Assembly: GCA_964512315.1 (NCBI GenBank)
Contig: CAZEIK010000004.1
Span: 8,198-72,197 of the forward strand
Direction: 5' to 3'
Origin: an uncultured Candidatus Saccharibacteria bacterium
GTDB taxonomy: Bacteria; Patescibacteriota; Minisyncoccia; Phycocordibacterales; UBA5272
DNA length: 64,000 nt
The position numbers and the translations under genes are program-made. This document shows positions 11,980 through 22,125 of this stretch, in pieces; the first letter of the stretch is position 1; each line of letters starts with the position of its first letter. Below the pieces are notes generated by a model. It made no database searches. It was given only the letters and a program-made list of their open reading frames with translations, and was not told the origin of the DNA.

Positions 11980-12126
11980 ATTTTAATATTTAATTAACTA
12001 AATTCTTTGCAAGACTTTAGTATCTAATAAGTATATAACGAAAAGCTGAACCATAAGAAGCAGCTAGTCACAAAAGCAATTGCTAGTGTTGCATTATGTT
12101 AACAAAAAAGTTCGCCAAAATAACAC

Positions 12127-13392
12127 TTATAATTGCTTATAATATAGGCCTAGGAACTCTTTTTTAAACTCGAAAAACTTACCGTCCAATACCGACTGCC
12201 TTATATCACGAACCAGATTGATCATAAAATACAAATTATGAGCTGAAGCTATGGTGCCAGCTAACATTTCCTCAGCCTTAAACAGATGATGAAGATAACT
12301 TTTGGTGTAGTCATGATATGGCGAATTAGGGTCAGAAGATATGTGGCTCATATCATCTTTGTACTTAGCGTTTGTAATGTTAATCTTACCCTCTTTTGTA
12401 TATATTGCACCGTGTCTTGCTACTCTTGTTGGAGATACGCAGTCGAAAGTATCTATGCCGTACTCAACACCCAAAAAAAAGTCTATTGGCTCACCGATTC
12501 CAAGCAAGTGACGAGGTTTTCCCTCTGGCAAGTTCTCTGTGGCACTCTTTACAGTTTTGCCCATGTCTTCCTTAGTAAAGCTACCCCCTATTCCAAATCC
12601 ATCAAAGTCCATAGCTCCCAGCACGCTAGCACTCTCTTTGCGTAAGTCCTCATATGCCCCACCCTGGACCACAGCAAAGAGTGCCTGCTGCTCACCCGTT
12701 GCCGAAGATACACCCAACCTTTTGTGTTCATCTATACAACGTTTGGCCCATCTGTGTGTACGCTCCATAGCGCTTATCTGATACTCACGAGGAGCAAGTG
12801 GTGAAGTGCACTCGTCAAATGCGAAGAATATATCGGCTCCTAGGGCGTGCTGAATCTGCATACTTCTCTCTGGAGTGAATCTATGATATGACCCATCAAT
12901 AAAAGATTTGAAAGTTACACCATCTTCGTCGATTCGAGCCATCTGATTCTTAGAAGATTTGATTTTCTTTTCACCTTTTTCATCGACTATTTCTTTTTGT
13001 TTCTTGGAAAGGTCTGCACTTGTTGCGATCTTGCTAACACCAGTGTCGAATGCTGCACCGAGCGAGAACACTTGGAATCCACCACTATCTGTAAATGTTG
13101 GCATAGACGCACCATCTTTCTGCCAATGCATCATCTTTGCGAATCCTCCATGCTTCTCAACAACCGCTTCACCTGGCTGCAAATATAAGTGATAGGTATT
13201 AGCAAGTACAGCCTCTGCTGTTGTGGACTTGATCCCATTTTGGTCCAATGCTTTTACCGTAGCCTTTGTACCAACTGGAATAAAAGCTGGCGTCTCTATG
13301 TCTCCATGTGGTGTATGTATAACACCCGCTCTTGCGAGCGGCGCTTCTTCACTTCTCTTTTCTATTGTAAAACCAAACCCTTTCCCATTCAT
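12127..13392 (-). CDS. tgt: tRNA-guanine(34) transglycosylase
   Basis: TPAFIPVGT, LANTYHL, TDSGGFQVFSL, VVQGG, KPRHLLGIG, DTFDCVSPTR. Confidence 0.96.
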   Translation of the reverse strand: MNGKGFGFTIEKRSEEAPLARAGVIHTPHGDIETPAFIPVGTKATVKALDQNGIKSTTAEAVLANTYHLYLQPGEAVVEKHGGFAKMMHWQKDGASMPTFTDSGGFQVFSLGAAFDTGVSKIATSADLSKKQKEIVDEKGEKKIKSSKNQMARIDEDGVTFKSFIDGSYHRFTPERSMQIQHALGADIFFAFDECTSPLAPREYQISAMERTHRWAKRCIDEHKRLGVSSATGEQQALFAVVQGGAYEDLRKESASVLGAMDFDGFGIGGSFTKEDMGKTVKSATENLPEGKPRHLLGIGEPIDFFLGVEYGIDTFDCVSPTRVARHGAIYTKEGKINITNAKYKDDMSHISSDPNSPYHDYTKSYLHHLFKAEEMLAGTIASAHNLYFMINLVRDIRQSVLDGKFFEFKKEFLGLYYKQL

Positions 13393-13431
13393 TTTACTTA
13401 TCCTAACACAAAAAACTTGCGAATTATATTC

Positions 13432-13902
13432 TTATAAATTATGCTCGACTATTTTCTGATTCTCATCGAATAAGCAATAACCTTTAACATAATCCCCAGC
13501 GATTACTTTTGGTAACCAATACTTGTCATCCTCCCACATTTCGCTATATGGTATTTCGCTCACCTTGTACCACTGCGGCTTCATCTCATCTGACTCAGTT
13601 GGCTCACCATTCCAAGCCTCTGTTGTGTATATATGAACTATTTGATTCCACTCAGCTTTATTTAAAAATCTAAATTCTATTTCTCCTAACTTTTTGATAT
13701 CGCTGACATTAACGTCAACTCCTATTTCTTCTTTTGTCTCTCTTACTGTCGCATCTTCTACGCTCTCGTCAGTCTTAACTTTACCACCGACACCATTGTA
13801 TCTACCTACGCCGAAGCCGATCTTTTTCATAGCTAACAAAATATCAGACACGGTACCAGAAGCGTCTCTTTTTATTAAAAACAACAATGTTGTGTTTTTC
13901 AT
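13432..13902 (-). CDS. NUDIX hydrolase, 8-oxo-dGTP diphosphatase (MTH1/MutT-like)
   Basis: Nudix box GGKVKTDESVEDATVRETKEEIG; ESDEMKPQW and MWEDDKYWLP typical of the MTH1-like subfamily. Confidence 0.9.
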   Translation of the reverse strand: MKNTTLLFLIKRDASGTVSDILLAMKKIGFGVGRYNGVGGKVKTDESVEDATVRETKEEIGVDVNVSDIKKLGEIEFRFLNKAEWNQIVHIYTTEAWNGEPTESDEMKPQWYKVSEIPYSEMWEDDKYWLPKVIAGDYVKGYCLFDENQKIVEHNL

Positions 13903-13919
13903 ATCTTAATTATACACCC

Positions 13920-14552
13920 TTACTTATTATCCTTGTAATCCCAAATATACCTGCTAGCTGTTGAGCGATATGGCGACCACTTGTCTGTGATTTTTAATAT
14001 CTTTGCTTCAAAGTCCTTTTGCTTCATAGCTTTCTCTGTCCCAGACTTTGGATGACACTTTTCTAATTTGTATAGCTTCATAACACCATTGATCAGCCCA
14101 CCATCCTTGATCGCGAACACATCCGGGCGAGACAATGTAAATATAAGTATCATCTCCACTGTCCAGCGACCGACTCCTACTATCTGGGTCAGCATTTCAA
14201 TTATCTCTTCATCAGCCATCTTGTCAAAGTCATGCTGATGCAAGTTCTTATCTTTGAAAAACTTTGCTACATTCTTAACATATTTAACTTTCTGACCCGA
14301 CAGTCCTGCTGCACGCAACTTCTCATCACCCGCCTTCAACAGCTCGGCATCAGTTGGCCATCTGTCACTCCAAATACTTTTAAATTTATTTTTGATACTG
14401 TTCGCTGCTGCGGTGGATACTTGCTGACTGATTATCGATGACAACAGTGACTCGTACACCGATAACTCAGGTGTGATTTTCTTCAATCTGCCATGCAACA
14501 CTACCCCCAGCTTTTCATCTACACTCTTTAAATAATCAATCTCTTTTTTCAC
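13920..14552 (-). CDS. alkA: DNA-3-methyladenine glycosylase II (HhH-GPD family)
   Basis: IISQQVS, GLSGQK, HhH motif IVGVGRWT, PDVFAIKD, WSPYRS. Confidence 0.9.
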   Translation of the reverse strand: MKKEIDYLKSVDEKLGVVLHGRLKKITPELSVYESLLSSIISQQVSTAAANSIKNKFKSIWSDRWPTDAELLKAGDEKLRAAGLSGQKVKYVKNVAKFFKDKNLHQHDFDKMADEEIIEMLTQIVGVGRWTVEMILIFTLSRPDVFAIKDGGLINGVMKLYKLEKCHPKSGTEKAMKQKDFEAKILKITDKWSPYRSTASRYIWDYKDNK

Positions 14553-14555
14553 GTT

Positions 14556-15011
14556 TTACTTCACGTCAACTATCACCTCTTGGGTGTGTACTGCTGGCTT
14601 AACGGCCTCGTATATCTTCGCAACTTTACCAGACTCATCGACAAGCACACTCATGCGCTCGATACCCATGTATTCGCGACCCATGAATTTCTTCAGCCTC
14701 CATGCGCCATACTCCTTGATCATCTCTGTACTCTCATCAGAAAGAATTGGGAAGTTAAGCTCGAACTTGTCAGCGAATTTCTTGTGACTCTTTACGGTGT
14801 CTTTGCTCACACCTAACACAACCAGTCCCATCTTGCTCATCTCTTTAAAATTATCACGAAAATTACAAGCCTCAGTCGTACATCCTGGGGTATCATCCTT
14901 TGGATAAAAATATATCAGAACTTTCTTGCCAGCATAGTCCGACAACTTGTGCATCTTGCCATCTTGATCTGGTAACTCAAACTTCGGCGCCTTGTTTCCA
15001 ACTTTTAACAT
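14556..15011 (-). CDS. bcp: Peroxiredoxin, BCP family
   Basis: YFYPKDDTPGCTTEACNFRD. Confidence 0.95.
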   Translation of the reverse strand: MLKVGNKAPKFELPDQDGKMHKLSDYAGKKVLIYFYPKDDTPGCTTEACNFRDNFKEMSKMGLVVLGVSKDTVKSHKKFADKFELNFPILSDESTEMIKEYGAWRLKKFMGREYMGIERMSVLVDESGKVAKIYEAVKPAVHTQEVIVDVK

Positions 15012-15019
15012 ATTGTTAA

Positions 15020-15712
15020 TTATAGCACTTTTTGTAATTTCTTATTCTTCCTGTGGCTATAAACATATGAGGTAAATAGCACACTCATAATCACAATAAA
15101 CTTCTCCACTTCACCAACATGTAGGCTGGTAAAGCTCTCAAGTATCAAGACCATACCGATCAATCCAACTATTACATAAGCAGCCTTCTTAAGTGGTGGG
15201 TGCCTGTGCACAATGCCTGAGACGAGCTGGGTTACGAACAGCATAGACACAACTCCAAACAAGACACCTGTCACAACGACATAATATTGATGCGATATTC
15301 CAACCGCCGAGATGACATTATCTATACTGAACACCCCGTCTGCAATTATGATCTGAGCGACTATGGGCCAGAACTTGCCAGCCGAGACATGCTTGTTACT
15401 GCCAGCATCACCCTTGATAAAAAGATGATCTACAGCCAAATACATCAAATACAAACCACCCAATACCAGTATCCACTTGTTTTGTATTATATACACAGCG
15501 AATAGTAACGCTACAAGTCGCAACACTGCACCACCAGCTATTCCTATCATTAACGCCAACCTTCTCTCTTTGCTTGGTAATGGCTCCGCAATGGAAGCAT
15601 TCACAAGAGCGTTATCAATGGAGAGCAAGACTTCTATAACAGCCAGAGACAATATCGTTGGTAAATACAAACTTAAAAAGTCCCCAGTTAAAAAATTAAT
15701 TATCTGTTCCAT
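15020..15712 (-). CDS. TerC family membrane protein
   Basis: EVLLSIDNA and ADGVFSIDNV motifs, multiple TM segments. Confidence 0.9.
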   Translation of the reverse strand: MEQIINFLTGDFLSLYLPTILSLAVIEVLLSIDNALVNASIAEPLPSKERRLALMIGIAGGAVLRLVALLFAVYIIQNKWILVLGGLYLMYLAVDHLFIKGDAGSNKHVSAGKFWPIVAQIIIADGVFSIDNVISAVGISHQYYVVVTGVLFGVVSMLFVTQLVSGIVHRHPPLKKAAYVIVGLIGMVLILESFTSLHVGEVEKFIVIMSVLFTSYVYSHRKNKKLQKVL

Positions 15713-15713
15713 A

Positions 15714-16874
15714 TTATTTACTCACCATATCAGCTATCACTTTTACCACACCTTTATCGAACATATTTGGAAGTATGTTATCAGGACGCAAGTCAGTTAC
15801 ATAGCTTGCCAACGCCTCAGCGATAGTCACGAATGTTTCTGTATTAACATTTTTATAAGTCCCCATCTGCTGAGCATCCAGCATGCCTCGCCAGAACCCT
15901 GGGAATACTAATGAGTTGTTAATCTGATTCGGATAGTCGCTACGCCCAGTGCCGACAATAAATGCGCCAGCCTCACGAGCGAGTTCTGGCATTATCTCTG
16001 GTGTCGGATTAGCGAGACCAAAAATTATAGACTTATCATTCATACTTTTGACCATGTCACTAGTCAGAACTCCTGGCTTTGACAATCCAATAAACACATC
16101 AGCCCCCGCTACTGCAGTAGCCAGGTCGCCACTCATGTCACGAATATTAGAAGCATTAAGTAGTTCAAGTTTCTCTTTGTTTAGGTCTTCACGAGAACTA
16201 TTAATTATGCCCTTGCTGTCAACATAGATAATATTCTTGACTCCATATGCATTCATAAGTCTAGCTGTTGCAACTCCTGCCGCACCTACGCCAGACAATA
16301 CAACTCTTATGTTTTCCTTTTTCTTGTCAGCTAACTTAATAGAATTGATAAGCGCTGCAAGAGTCACAGTCGCCGCACCCCATTGGTCATCATGCATAAC
16401 AGGAATAGATAACTCCGCACGCAGCCTCTCCTCAATCTCAAAACATTTAGGACTAGAAATATCTTCCAAATTAATACCTCCAAAAACTGGTGCAATATTT
16501 TTTATTGTTCTGATTATCTCTTCTGTATCTTGTGTCTCGATACAAATTGGAAATGCATCCACATCTGCGAACTCTTTTAATATAGCAGCTTTACCCTCCA
16601 TCACCGGTATACTAGCTGATGCACCCAAGTTACCGAGACCGAGTATTGCCGACCCGTCACTTATTATTGCTACAGTATTCTTCTTAAGTGTCATCTTACG
16701 CGCGAGGCTAACGTCAGCAGCTATGGCATTACATACAGCTGCTACCCCTGGGGTGTAGGCACGAGAGAGTGCTTCTCTATTATCGAGCTTAACCTTACTA
16801 ACTGTTTCTAATTTGCCACCGAACTCTGAGTGAAGGTCTAAAGCCTCCTTATTGTAATCATGATTTTCTGACAT
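15714..16874 (-). CDS. NAD(P)-dependent malic enzyme (no fused PTA domain)
   Basis: AYTPGVA, SDGSAILGLG, PVMEGKA, INLEDI, HDDQ, GVGAAG, TGRSDYPNQINN. Confidence 0.93.
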   Translation of the reverse strand: MSENHDYNKEALDLHSEFGGKLETVSKVKLDNREALSRAYTPGVAAVCNAIAADVSLARKMTLKKNTVAIISDGSAILGLGNLGASASIPVMEGKAAILKEFADVDAFPICIETQDTEEIIRTIKNIAPVFGGINLEDISSPKCFEIEERLRAELSIPVMHDDQWGAATVTLAALINSIKLADKKKENIRVVLSGVGAAGVATARLMNAYGVKNIIYVDSKGIINSSREDLNKEKLELLNASNIRDMSGDLATAVAGADVFIGLSKPGVLTSDMVKSMNDKSIIFGLANPTPEIMPELAREAGAFIVGTGRSDYPNQINNSLVFPGFWRGMLDAQQMGTYKNVNTETFVTIAEALASYVTDLRPDNILPNMFDKGVVKVIADMVSK

Positions 16875-16879
16875 ATGAT

Positions 16880-17767
16880 CTATATACTATTCTTGTAAAG
16901 CTCCATTTTGGCACGGACGACTTTTTTCATCTCTTCTGCACCAGCGCGGTCGAACTTATAAGGCGCGATCTCGTTTGGATTGTCATGCATATAATCCTTA
17001 ATACCATCCCTGAAGGCTTTTCTTATCTCAGTGTTAATGTGTATTATGCTAATACCCGCACGAATACTGTTAAGCAAGTCCTCATTAGTGTTACCACTCG
17101 CACCATGCAACACAAGCGGAACACCTGCAGCATCACGTATCTCACTTATTCTGTCTACGTGTAACTTTGGCTCTGGGGCATCAATCAACATTCCGTGGAT
17201 ATTACCAACAGCTGGAGCAAATAGGTCTATTCCTGTGCGCAAGACAAAATCTCTCGCTTGTTCACGAGTGGTCAAGTTGCTCTCGCTCACACCTTCTGGA
17301 AGTTTTGAATTAAGCGAAGAAGATTGACCTATGTACCCAAGTTCTGCTTCGACTAATATGCGCTTGTTATTCTCTCTTTCATATTCACGAACCCATTCAA
17401 CACACTCTTTTACCAGCTTCACATTCTCTTCATAAGAAAGCTTGGCTCCGTCGACTATAACACTGTCATAACCAGCCTCTACAACTTGTTTAACTTTATC
17501 AAATGTATAAGTGTGATCAGCATTTAAAAATATTGGCACTGAAAATTCTTTTTTCATCTCGTTGACTAGCGCTCTAGCCATGTCTACACCGATGTACTCT
17601 CTCTCGCCTTCAGATAGGCCAATAATTATCGGCTCATGCAACTCTTGAGCAACTTCACATATAACACGCAATTGATCCAGGCTAGATATATTGAAGTGGG
17701 CTATGGCTTTACCTTGCTTCTCATAATCTTTTATTATTTCGTAATACTCTCTTGATTGATTTGGCAT
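16880..17767 (-). CDS. fba: Class II fructose-bisphosphate aldolase
   Basis: NADH, VEAELG, APAVGNIHG, LVLHGASG, INTE. Confidence 0.92.
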   Translation of the reverse strand: MPNQSREYYEIIKDYEKQGKAIAHFNISSLDQLRVICEVAQELHEPIIIGLSEGEREYIGVDMARALVNEMKKEFSVPIFLNADHTYTFDKVKQVVEAGYDSVIVDGAKLSYEENVKLVKECVEWVREYERENNKRILVEAELGYIGQSSSLNSKLPEGVSESNLTTREQARDFVLRTGIDLFAPAVGNIHGMLIDAPEPKLHVDRISEIRDAAGVPLVLHGASGNTNEDLLNSIRAGISIIHINTEIRKAFRDGIKDYMHDNPNEIAPYKFDRAGAEEMKKVVRAKMELYKNSI

Positions 17768-17827
17768 AACTTTTCTAGAATTTTATGTGTATAAGTGTAG
17801 CATATAAAATCAAAGCTCATATACAAT

Positions 17828-18829
17828 ATGTATATGAATCAAGCTTTGGACTTTTTGGCTGTAGGCGATACAGTAGTGGATGCATTTATAAAGTTAAAAG
17901 ACGCTCATGTGACTTGTACTGTTGACCATGGCGCATGCGAAATATGTATGCCTTTTGGAGCAAAAGTCCCTTATGAGAGCGTAACAATAATCCCAGCCGT
18001 AGGTAACTCGGCAAACGCTGCGGTATCTGCTGCAAGGCTTGGACTACAATCTGGCCTAGTTACATTCTTAGGTAATGATGTGAATGGTCGCGAATGCAAA
18101 TTCCAACTAGAACAAGAAAATGTAAACACTTCTTGTATTGTTATGGAGAATGGCAAGATAACTAATTATCACTATGTATTGTGGTTCGGTGATGAGAGAA
18201 CAATACTTATCAAACACGAAACGTTCAAAACTTTCCTCCCACCAATAGAAAAGCCTCCTCGTTGGATATATTTGTCATCTCTCGGCGAACATGCCAAAGA
18301 CTTACATTTTGAACTAGACAAATACTTAACAGCTAACCCAGAAGTTAAATTAGCCTTCCAACCAGGAACATTCCAAATCAAAATGGGTAAAGATTTATTA
18401 GCGCCAATATATAGCAAAACAGAATTCTTCTGCTGCAACGTAGAAGAAGCCATGCAAATATTAGGCACAGAGGTGCGTGATGTGACGACACTACTCTTAG
18501 GAATATCTCTACTAGGACCAAAAGTTGTATGCATAACTGACGGACACGAAGGCGCATACATGCGATGGAAAGACGAGAACTATTTCCTGCCTATATACCC
18601 TGACCCATTACCTCCACTCGAGAGAACTGGTGCTGGTGACGCGTTTGCTAGCACTTTTGCAGCAGCATTAGTTGCTGGACTAGACCCAGTAGAAGCTTTT
18701 AGATGGGGGCCCATCAACAGTATGAATGTTGTACAATATGTTGGTGCCCAAAAGGGTCTACTTAAGAAAAAAGACATAGAGAATCTGTTAAGCAGTGCCC
18801 CATCAGAGTACGTAGTTAAGAAAATCTAA
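17828..18829 (+). CDS. PfkB/ribokinase family carbohydrate kinase
   Basis: GNSANAAVSAARLG and ERTGAGDAF signatures. Confidence 0.92.
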   Translation: MYMNQALDFLAVGDTVVDAFIKLKDAHVTCTVDHGACEICMPFGAKVPYESVTIIPAVGNSANAAVSAARLGLQSGLVTFLGNDVNGRECKFQLEQENVNTSCIVMENGKITNYHYVLWFGDERTILIKHETFKTFLPPIEKPPRWIYLSSLGEHAKDLHFELDKYLTANPEVKLAFQPGTFQIKMGKDLLAPIYSKTEFFCCNVEEAMQILGTEVRDVTTLLLGISLLGPKVVCITDGHEGAYMRWKDENYFLPIYPDPLPPLERTGAGDAFASTFAAALVAGLDPVEAFRWGPINSMNVVQYVGAQKGLLKKKDIENLLSSAPSEYVVKKI

Positions 18830-19251
18830 AGCTTGATCTCTATTTTACCCTTTCTAATATAGAATTTTTCAGTATTACTACTTTTTTCCTTTACCACAAC
18901 CGATAGCAATCCTTCGTCTATTTCTTTTATTGTCATCGAGTCATTCTCACCATCAGCGAAACAATCGAACTCTTTTGGCTCGTTCAAAAGAATAATGCTT
19001 TGTATGAATAACTTATCTTCTAACAAGATACTTTTTAGAACAATATTGTGTTCTTGGTGGAGTCTCTCGACTGATATACCACTCATGATGCAAGGTATGT
19101 AACCATAAGGTGTGGATATATTTTTTTCTTCTTTTACTTTTATTTGAACTTTACTTGGTGTTGTCTTGGTTGCTTGGTCTTCGTTCTTAACATTGCCACT
19201 ACTTAACCAAAACTTTCCATTAAAAAAGTTATCTATATATTTTCCAAACAT
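18826..19251 (-). CDS. Hypothetical protein
   Basis: 141-aa ORF overlapping the end of the transketolase C-subunit gene; no recognised motif. Confidence 0.55.
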   Translation of the reverse strand: MFGKYIDNFFNGKFWLSSGNVKNEDQATKTTPSKVQIKVKEEKNISTPYGYIPCIMSGISVERLHQEHNIVLKSILLEDKLFIQSIILLNEPKEFDCFADGENDSMTIKEIDEGLLSVVVKEKSSNTEKFYIRKGKIEIKL

Positions 19252-20219
19252 GTATTGATTATATCATCTACTGTCAGACCATATTCACCGTATAACTCCC
19301 CAACAGTTCCAGACTGACCAAATCTATCTTTTACTCCCATTCTTATTACTTTGTTGTGGCCTGTAGCCGAAGACAGGAACTCCGCCACAGCTGAGCCCAT
19401 TCCACCAAAGGCTTGATGCTCTTCTACTGTTATAAAAGTTTTGTATACATTGGCTAATCTAAAAATAGCTTCTTCTGGTAATGGTTTAATGCAAGAAATA
19501 TTAACTAGCACTACTTGTATATTTTGCTCTGCTAACTTTTTTGCTGCAAGTAAAGCGTTAAAAATTATAGGTCCTGTTGCTAATATACACACCTTCTTAG
19601 CGTGAGTCTCAATGCTAGAAAAGAGTATTTCTGGCTTTTTTAAATTCACCTGGCCATATTCATCTGAGAAAATCTTCGCTGACTTTTCTCTTGCTAGTCT
19701 TATATATACCGGACCTGGTATATCTTTTGCTAACTTAGTCATAAGATAAGCCTCCCTAGAATCGGCAGGAGACAATACTGTAATATTTGGAATAACTCTC
19801 ATAAGCGCAATATCTTCTAACGCTTGATGTGTTCCACCGTCTGGACCAACCGACAATCCTGCGTGAGCGCCAGCTATAATAACTTTAGAATCATTGTAGC
19901 AAATAGTCGTCCTAATCTGCTCCCAATTTCTTCCTGGGCTAAACATTGCATAGCTAGAAATGAATGGCTTCATACCCATTGCAGCCATACCGCTCGCCAC
20001 AGCCGCCATGTTCTGCTCCGTTATCCCAACCTCGACGAATCTAGAAGCAAATCTCTCTTTGAAAAGATGCATCTGCACACTTTCAGTTAAGTCGGCACAC
20101 AGTGCTGCAACCGTCTTATCCTCTTCACCAAGATCAACCAGAGCCTTACCAAACCCAACTCTAGTAGCCTCCATTTCGACTTCATTTGTAAAAATATTTT
20201 TATTTAACATATTATTCAA
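19233..20219 (-). CDS. Transketolase, C-terminal subunit
   Basis: GITEQNM, GPDGGTHQALED, VEEHQ..GG.GS. Confidence 0.93.
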   Translation of the reverse strand: MNNMLNKNIFTNEVEMEATRVGFGKALVDLGEEDKTVAALCADLTESVQMHLFKERFASRFVEVGITEQNMAAVASGMAAMGMKPFISSYAMFSPGRNWEQIRTTICYNDSKVIIAGAHAGLSVGPDGGTHQALEDIALMRVIPNITVLSPADSREAYLMTKLAKDIPGPVYIRLAREKSAKIFSDEYGQVNLKKPEILFSSIETHAKKVCILATGPIIFNALLAAKKLAEQNIQVVLVNISCIKPLPEEAIFRLANVYKTFITVEEHQAFGGMGSAVAEFLSSATGHNKVIRMGVKDRFGQSGTVGELYGEYGLTVDDIINTCLENI

Positions 20220-21066
20220 GGTTTATTTTGCCTCCCATTGTTCTGATTGATTGTATCGCCTTTTTTGCTTCTTCACTATTTGGAGCTTTGCCATGCCAAT
20301 GATAATCCCCTTCTATCTGAGACCAGCCCTTACCCGGAATAGTGTGAGCAATTATTGCAGTTGGGTTAATACTATTACTCTTTGCAATATTAACTGCATC
20401 AACTATCTCCATCATGTTGTGTCCATCTATTTCTAGAACATTAAAATTAAACGCCTTCAACTTCTCCGACAAGCTTTCAAGCGGCATAACATCTTCTGTC
20501 CTGCCATCTATCTGTATTCCATTTCTATCTATTATTGTTATAACATTAGTTAGATTATATTTTGAAAGTGTTAGGAGCGCTTCCCAGACATTACCTTCAT
20601 TCATCTCACCGTCCCCCATCAAACAATAAAAATTCTTTGGCATTCCACCCATCATCCTATCAGCTAATGCCATGCCTGTTGCTTGCGAAAGTCCTGATCC
20701 AAGTGGACCGCTAGATGTCTCAACACTTTTTAGAAACTCGCGATGAGGATGACCTTGCAATCTACTTCTGAATTTTCTAAGTGTCTTTAGCTCACTAACT
20801 GGCAAGTATCCAGCATGTGCCATAGTTGCATACAGAACTGGACAAATATGTCCATTAGAAAGTATTAACCTGTCCCTGTGTGCCCAATCTGGACTAGATG
20901 GATCATGCTTAAGTATTTTAAAATATAAAGCAGTAAATACATCCGCCATACCGAGCGGGCCCGCAGTATGACCACTACCTGCTTCTAACAACATATCAAT
21001 AATTGAAAGCCTGATCTCTTTGGCTCGAGCTTCAAGCTTATGTATTTCTATGTCAGTAAGACTCAT
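20212..21066 (-). CDS. Transketolase, N-terminal (TPP-binding) subunit
   Basis: GSGH, DRLILSNGH, LQGHP, GDGE..EG..WE, WHGKAP. Confidence 0.93.
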   Translation of the reverse strand: MSLTDIEIHKLEARAKEIRLSIIDMLLEAGSGHTAGPLGMADVFTALYFKILKHDPSSPDWAHRDRLILSNGHICPVLYATMAHAGYLPVSELKTLRKFRSRLQGHPHREFLKSVETSSGPLGSGLSQATGMALADRMMGGMPKNFYCLMGDGEMNEGNVWEALLTLSKYNLTNVITIIDRNGIQIDGRTEDVMPLESLSEKLKAFNFNVLEIDGHNMMEIVDAVNIAKSNSINPTAIIAHTIPGKGWSQIEGDYHWHGKAPNSEEAKKAIQSIRTMGGKINLE

Positions 21067-21070
21067 CTGT

Positions 21071-21667
21071 CTAGTTTACTATGCTTTTTAACTTGCGGTA
21101 AGTGAATATCACATCAGACGCATTTTTAAGAGCACTCCCGACAACGAAGTTACTAGCCCCAGCATCTTTTACTGGTCTAATAGTCTCTTCATTCATCGCT
21201 CCATCAACCTGTATTACCTTATCAGTCACAGCCTTTATGTTTTTGATGTCATCTAATGCAGATTCTCTAAATGGCTGACCTTGGTGGCCCACATTCTCTA
21301 TTCCCATAACTTGCACATAGTCACAGTATTCAATGTTACTTTTAATCTCTTCCACTGTACCACATATTCCAACATTAATATCATATTGCTTAGCATATTC
21401 GTAAAGCTCTTTTATATTCTTGTTATGCTTCAGATGAAATACAATAAATGACGCACCCAAGTCTTTTACTTTTTCCACCAATCCAACATCTGCTTTTAAT
21501 AGCAAGTCGAATTCAAAGTCAAAAACATCCCAAAATTCTAGCTCTTCATCACCGTTAATTTTTAAATTAGTTACGTCTATTTGAACTCTTTTTGCGCAAT
21601 CAGCATATCTTGCTAACTGTCTATTTATTTCTGAAAAATTATTTTCAAGTATTGCTGGTATTATCAT
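21071..21667 (-). CDS. rpe: Ribulose-phosphate 3-epimerase (divergent)
   Basis: IIPAIL, VQIDV, VQVMGI..G..GQPF, IQVDGA, FVVGSAL; context between rpiB and tkt. Confidence 0.82.
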   Translation of the reverse strand: MIIPAILENNFSEINRQLARYADCAKRVQIDVTNLKINGDEELEFWDVFDFEFDLLLKADVGLVEKVKDLGASFIVFHLKHNKNIKELYEYAKQYDINVGICGTVEEIKSNIEYCDYVQVMGIENVGHQGQPFRESALDDIKNIKAVTDKVIQVDGAMNEETIRPVKDAGASNFVVGSALKNASDVIFTYRKLKSIVN

Positions 21668-21668
21668 T

Positions 21669-22124
21669 TTAATTGTCTATTTCTTCTACTCTTTGTATAT
21701 GCCTACCCCCTTCGAACTCCGTCTCAAGGAAAATATCTATAGCCCTATAACACTCCTCCTCTTCTACGAATCTATAACCAAATGATATGGCGTTTGCATC
21801 ATTGTGCTCGCGACCAAGACGAACTATATCTAGTGTCCCACCATAATAAGTCGTGCACCTAATACCCGACTGCCTATTCATTACTATTGCCTCACCTTCA
21901 CCGCTGCCACCAAATACAATAGCTCTTGAGTCTAGTCCATTTTGCAAATCATAACTTAATGCCTCTTTGGCTTGCTTGATAAAAGTAGGATAGTCATCGT
22001 GCTCATCATAAACATAAGCACCGCAGTCCTCCAACTCTACTTCTGGATACTTTTCTTTTAAATAAGCCAAAACTTTTTCTTTTAACTCAAACCCTGCATG
22101 ATCTGTAGCTAAATATATTTTCAT
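21669..22124 (-). CDS. rpiB: Ribose-5-phosphate isomerase B family
   Basis: TDHAGF.LK, DYP, GGSGEGE, REHNDAN, FEGGRH..RV. Confidence 0.92.
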   Translation of the reverse strand: MKIYLATDHAGFELKEKVLAYLKEKYPEVELEDCGAYVYDEHDDYPTFIKQAKEALSYDLQNGLDSRAIVFGGSGEGEAIVMNRQSGIRCTTYYGGTLDIVRLGREHNDANAISFGYRFVEEEECYRAIDIFLETEFEGGRHIQRVEEIDN

Positions 22125-22125
22125 A

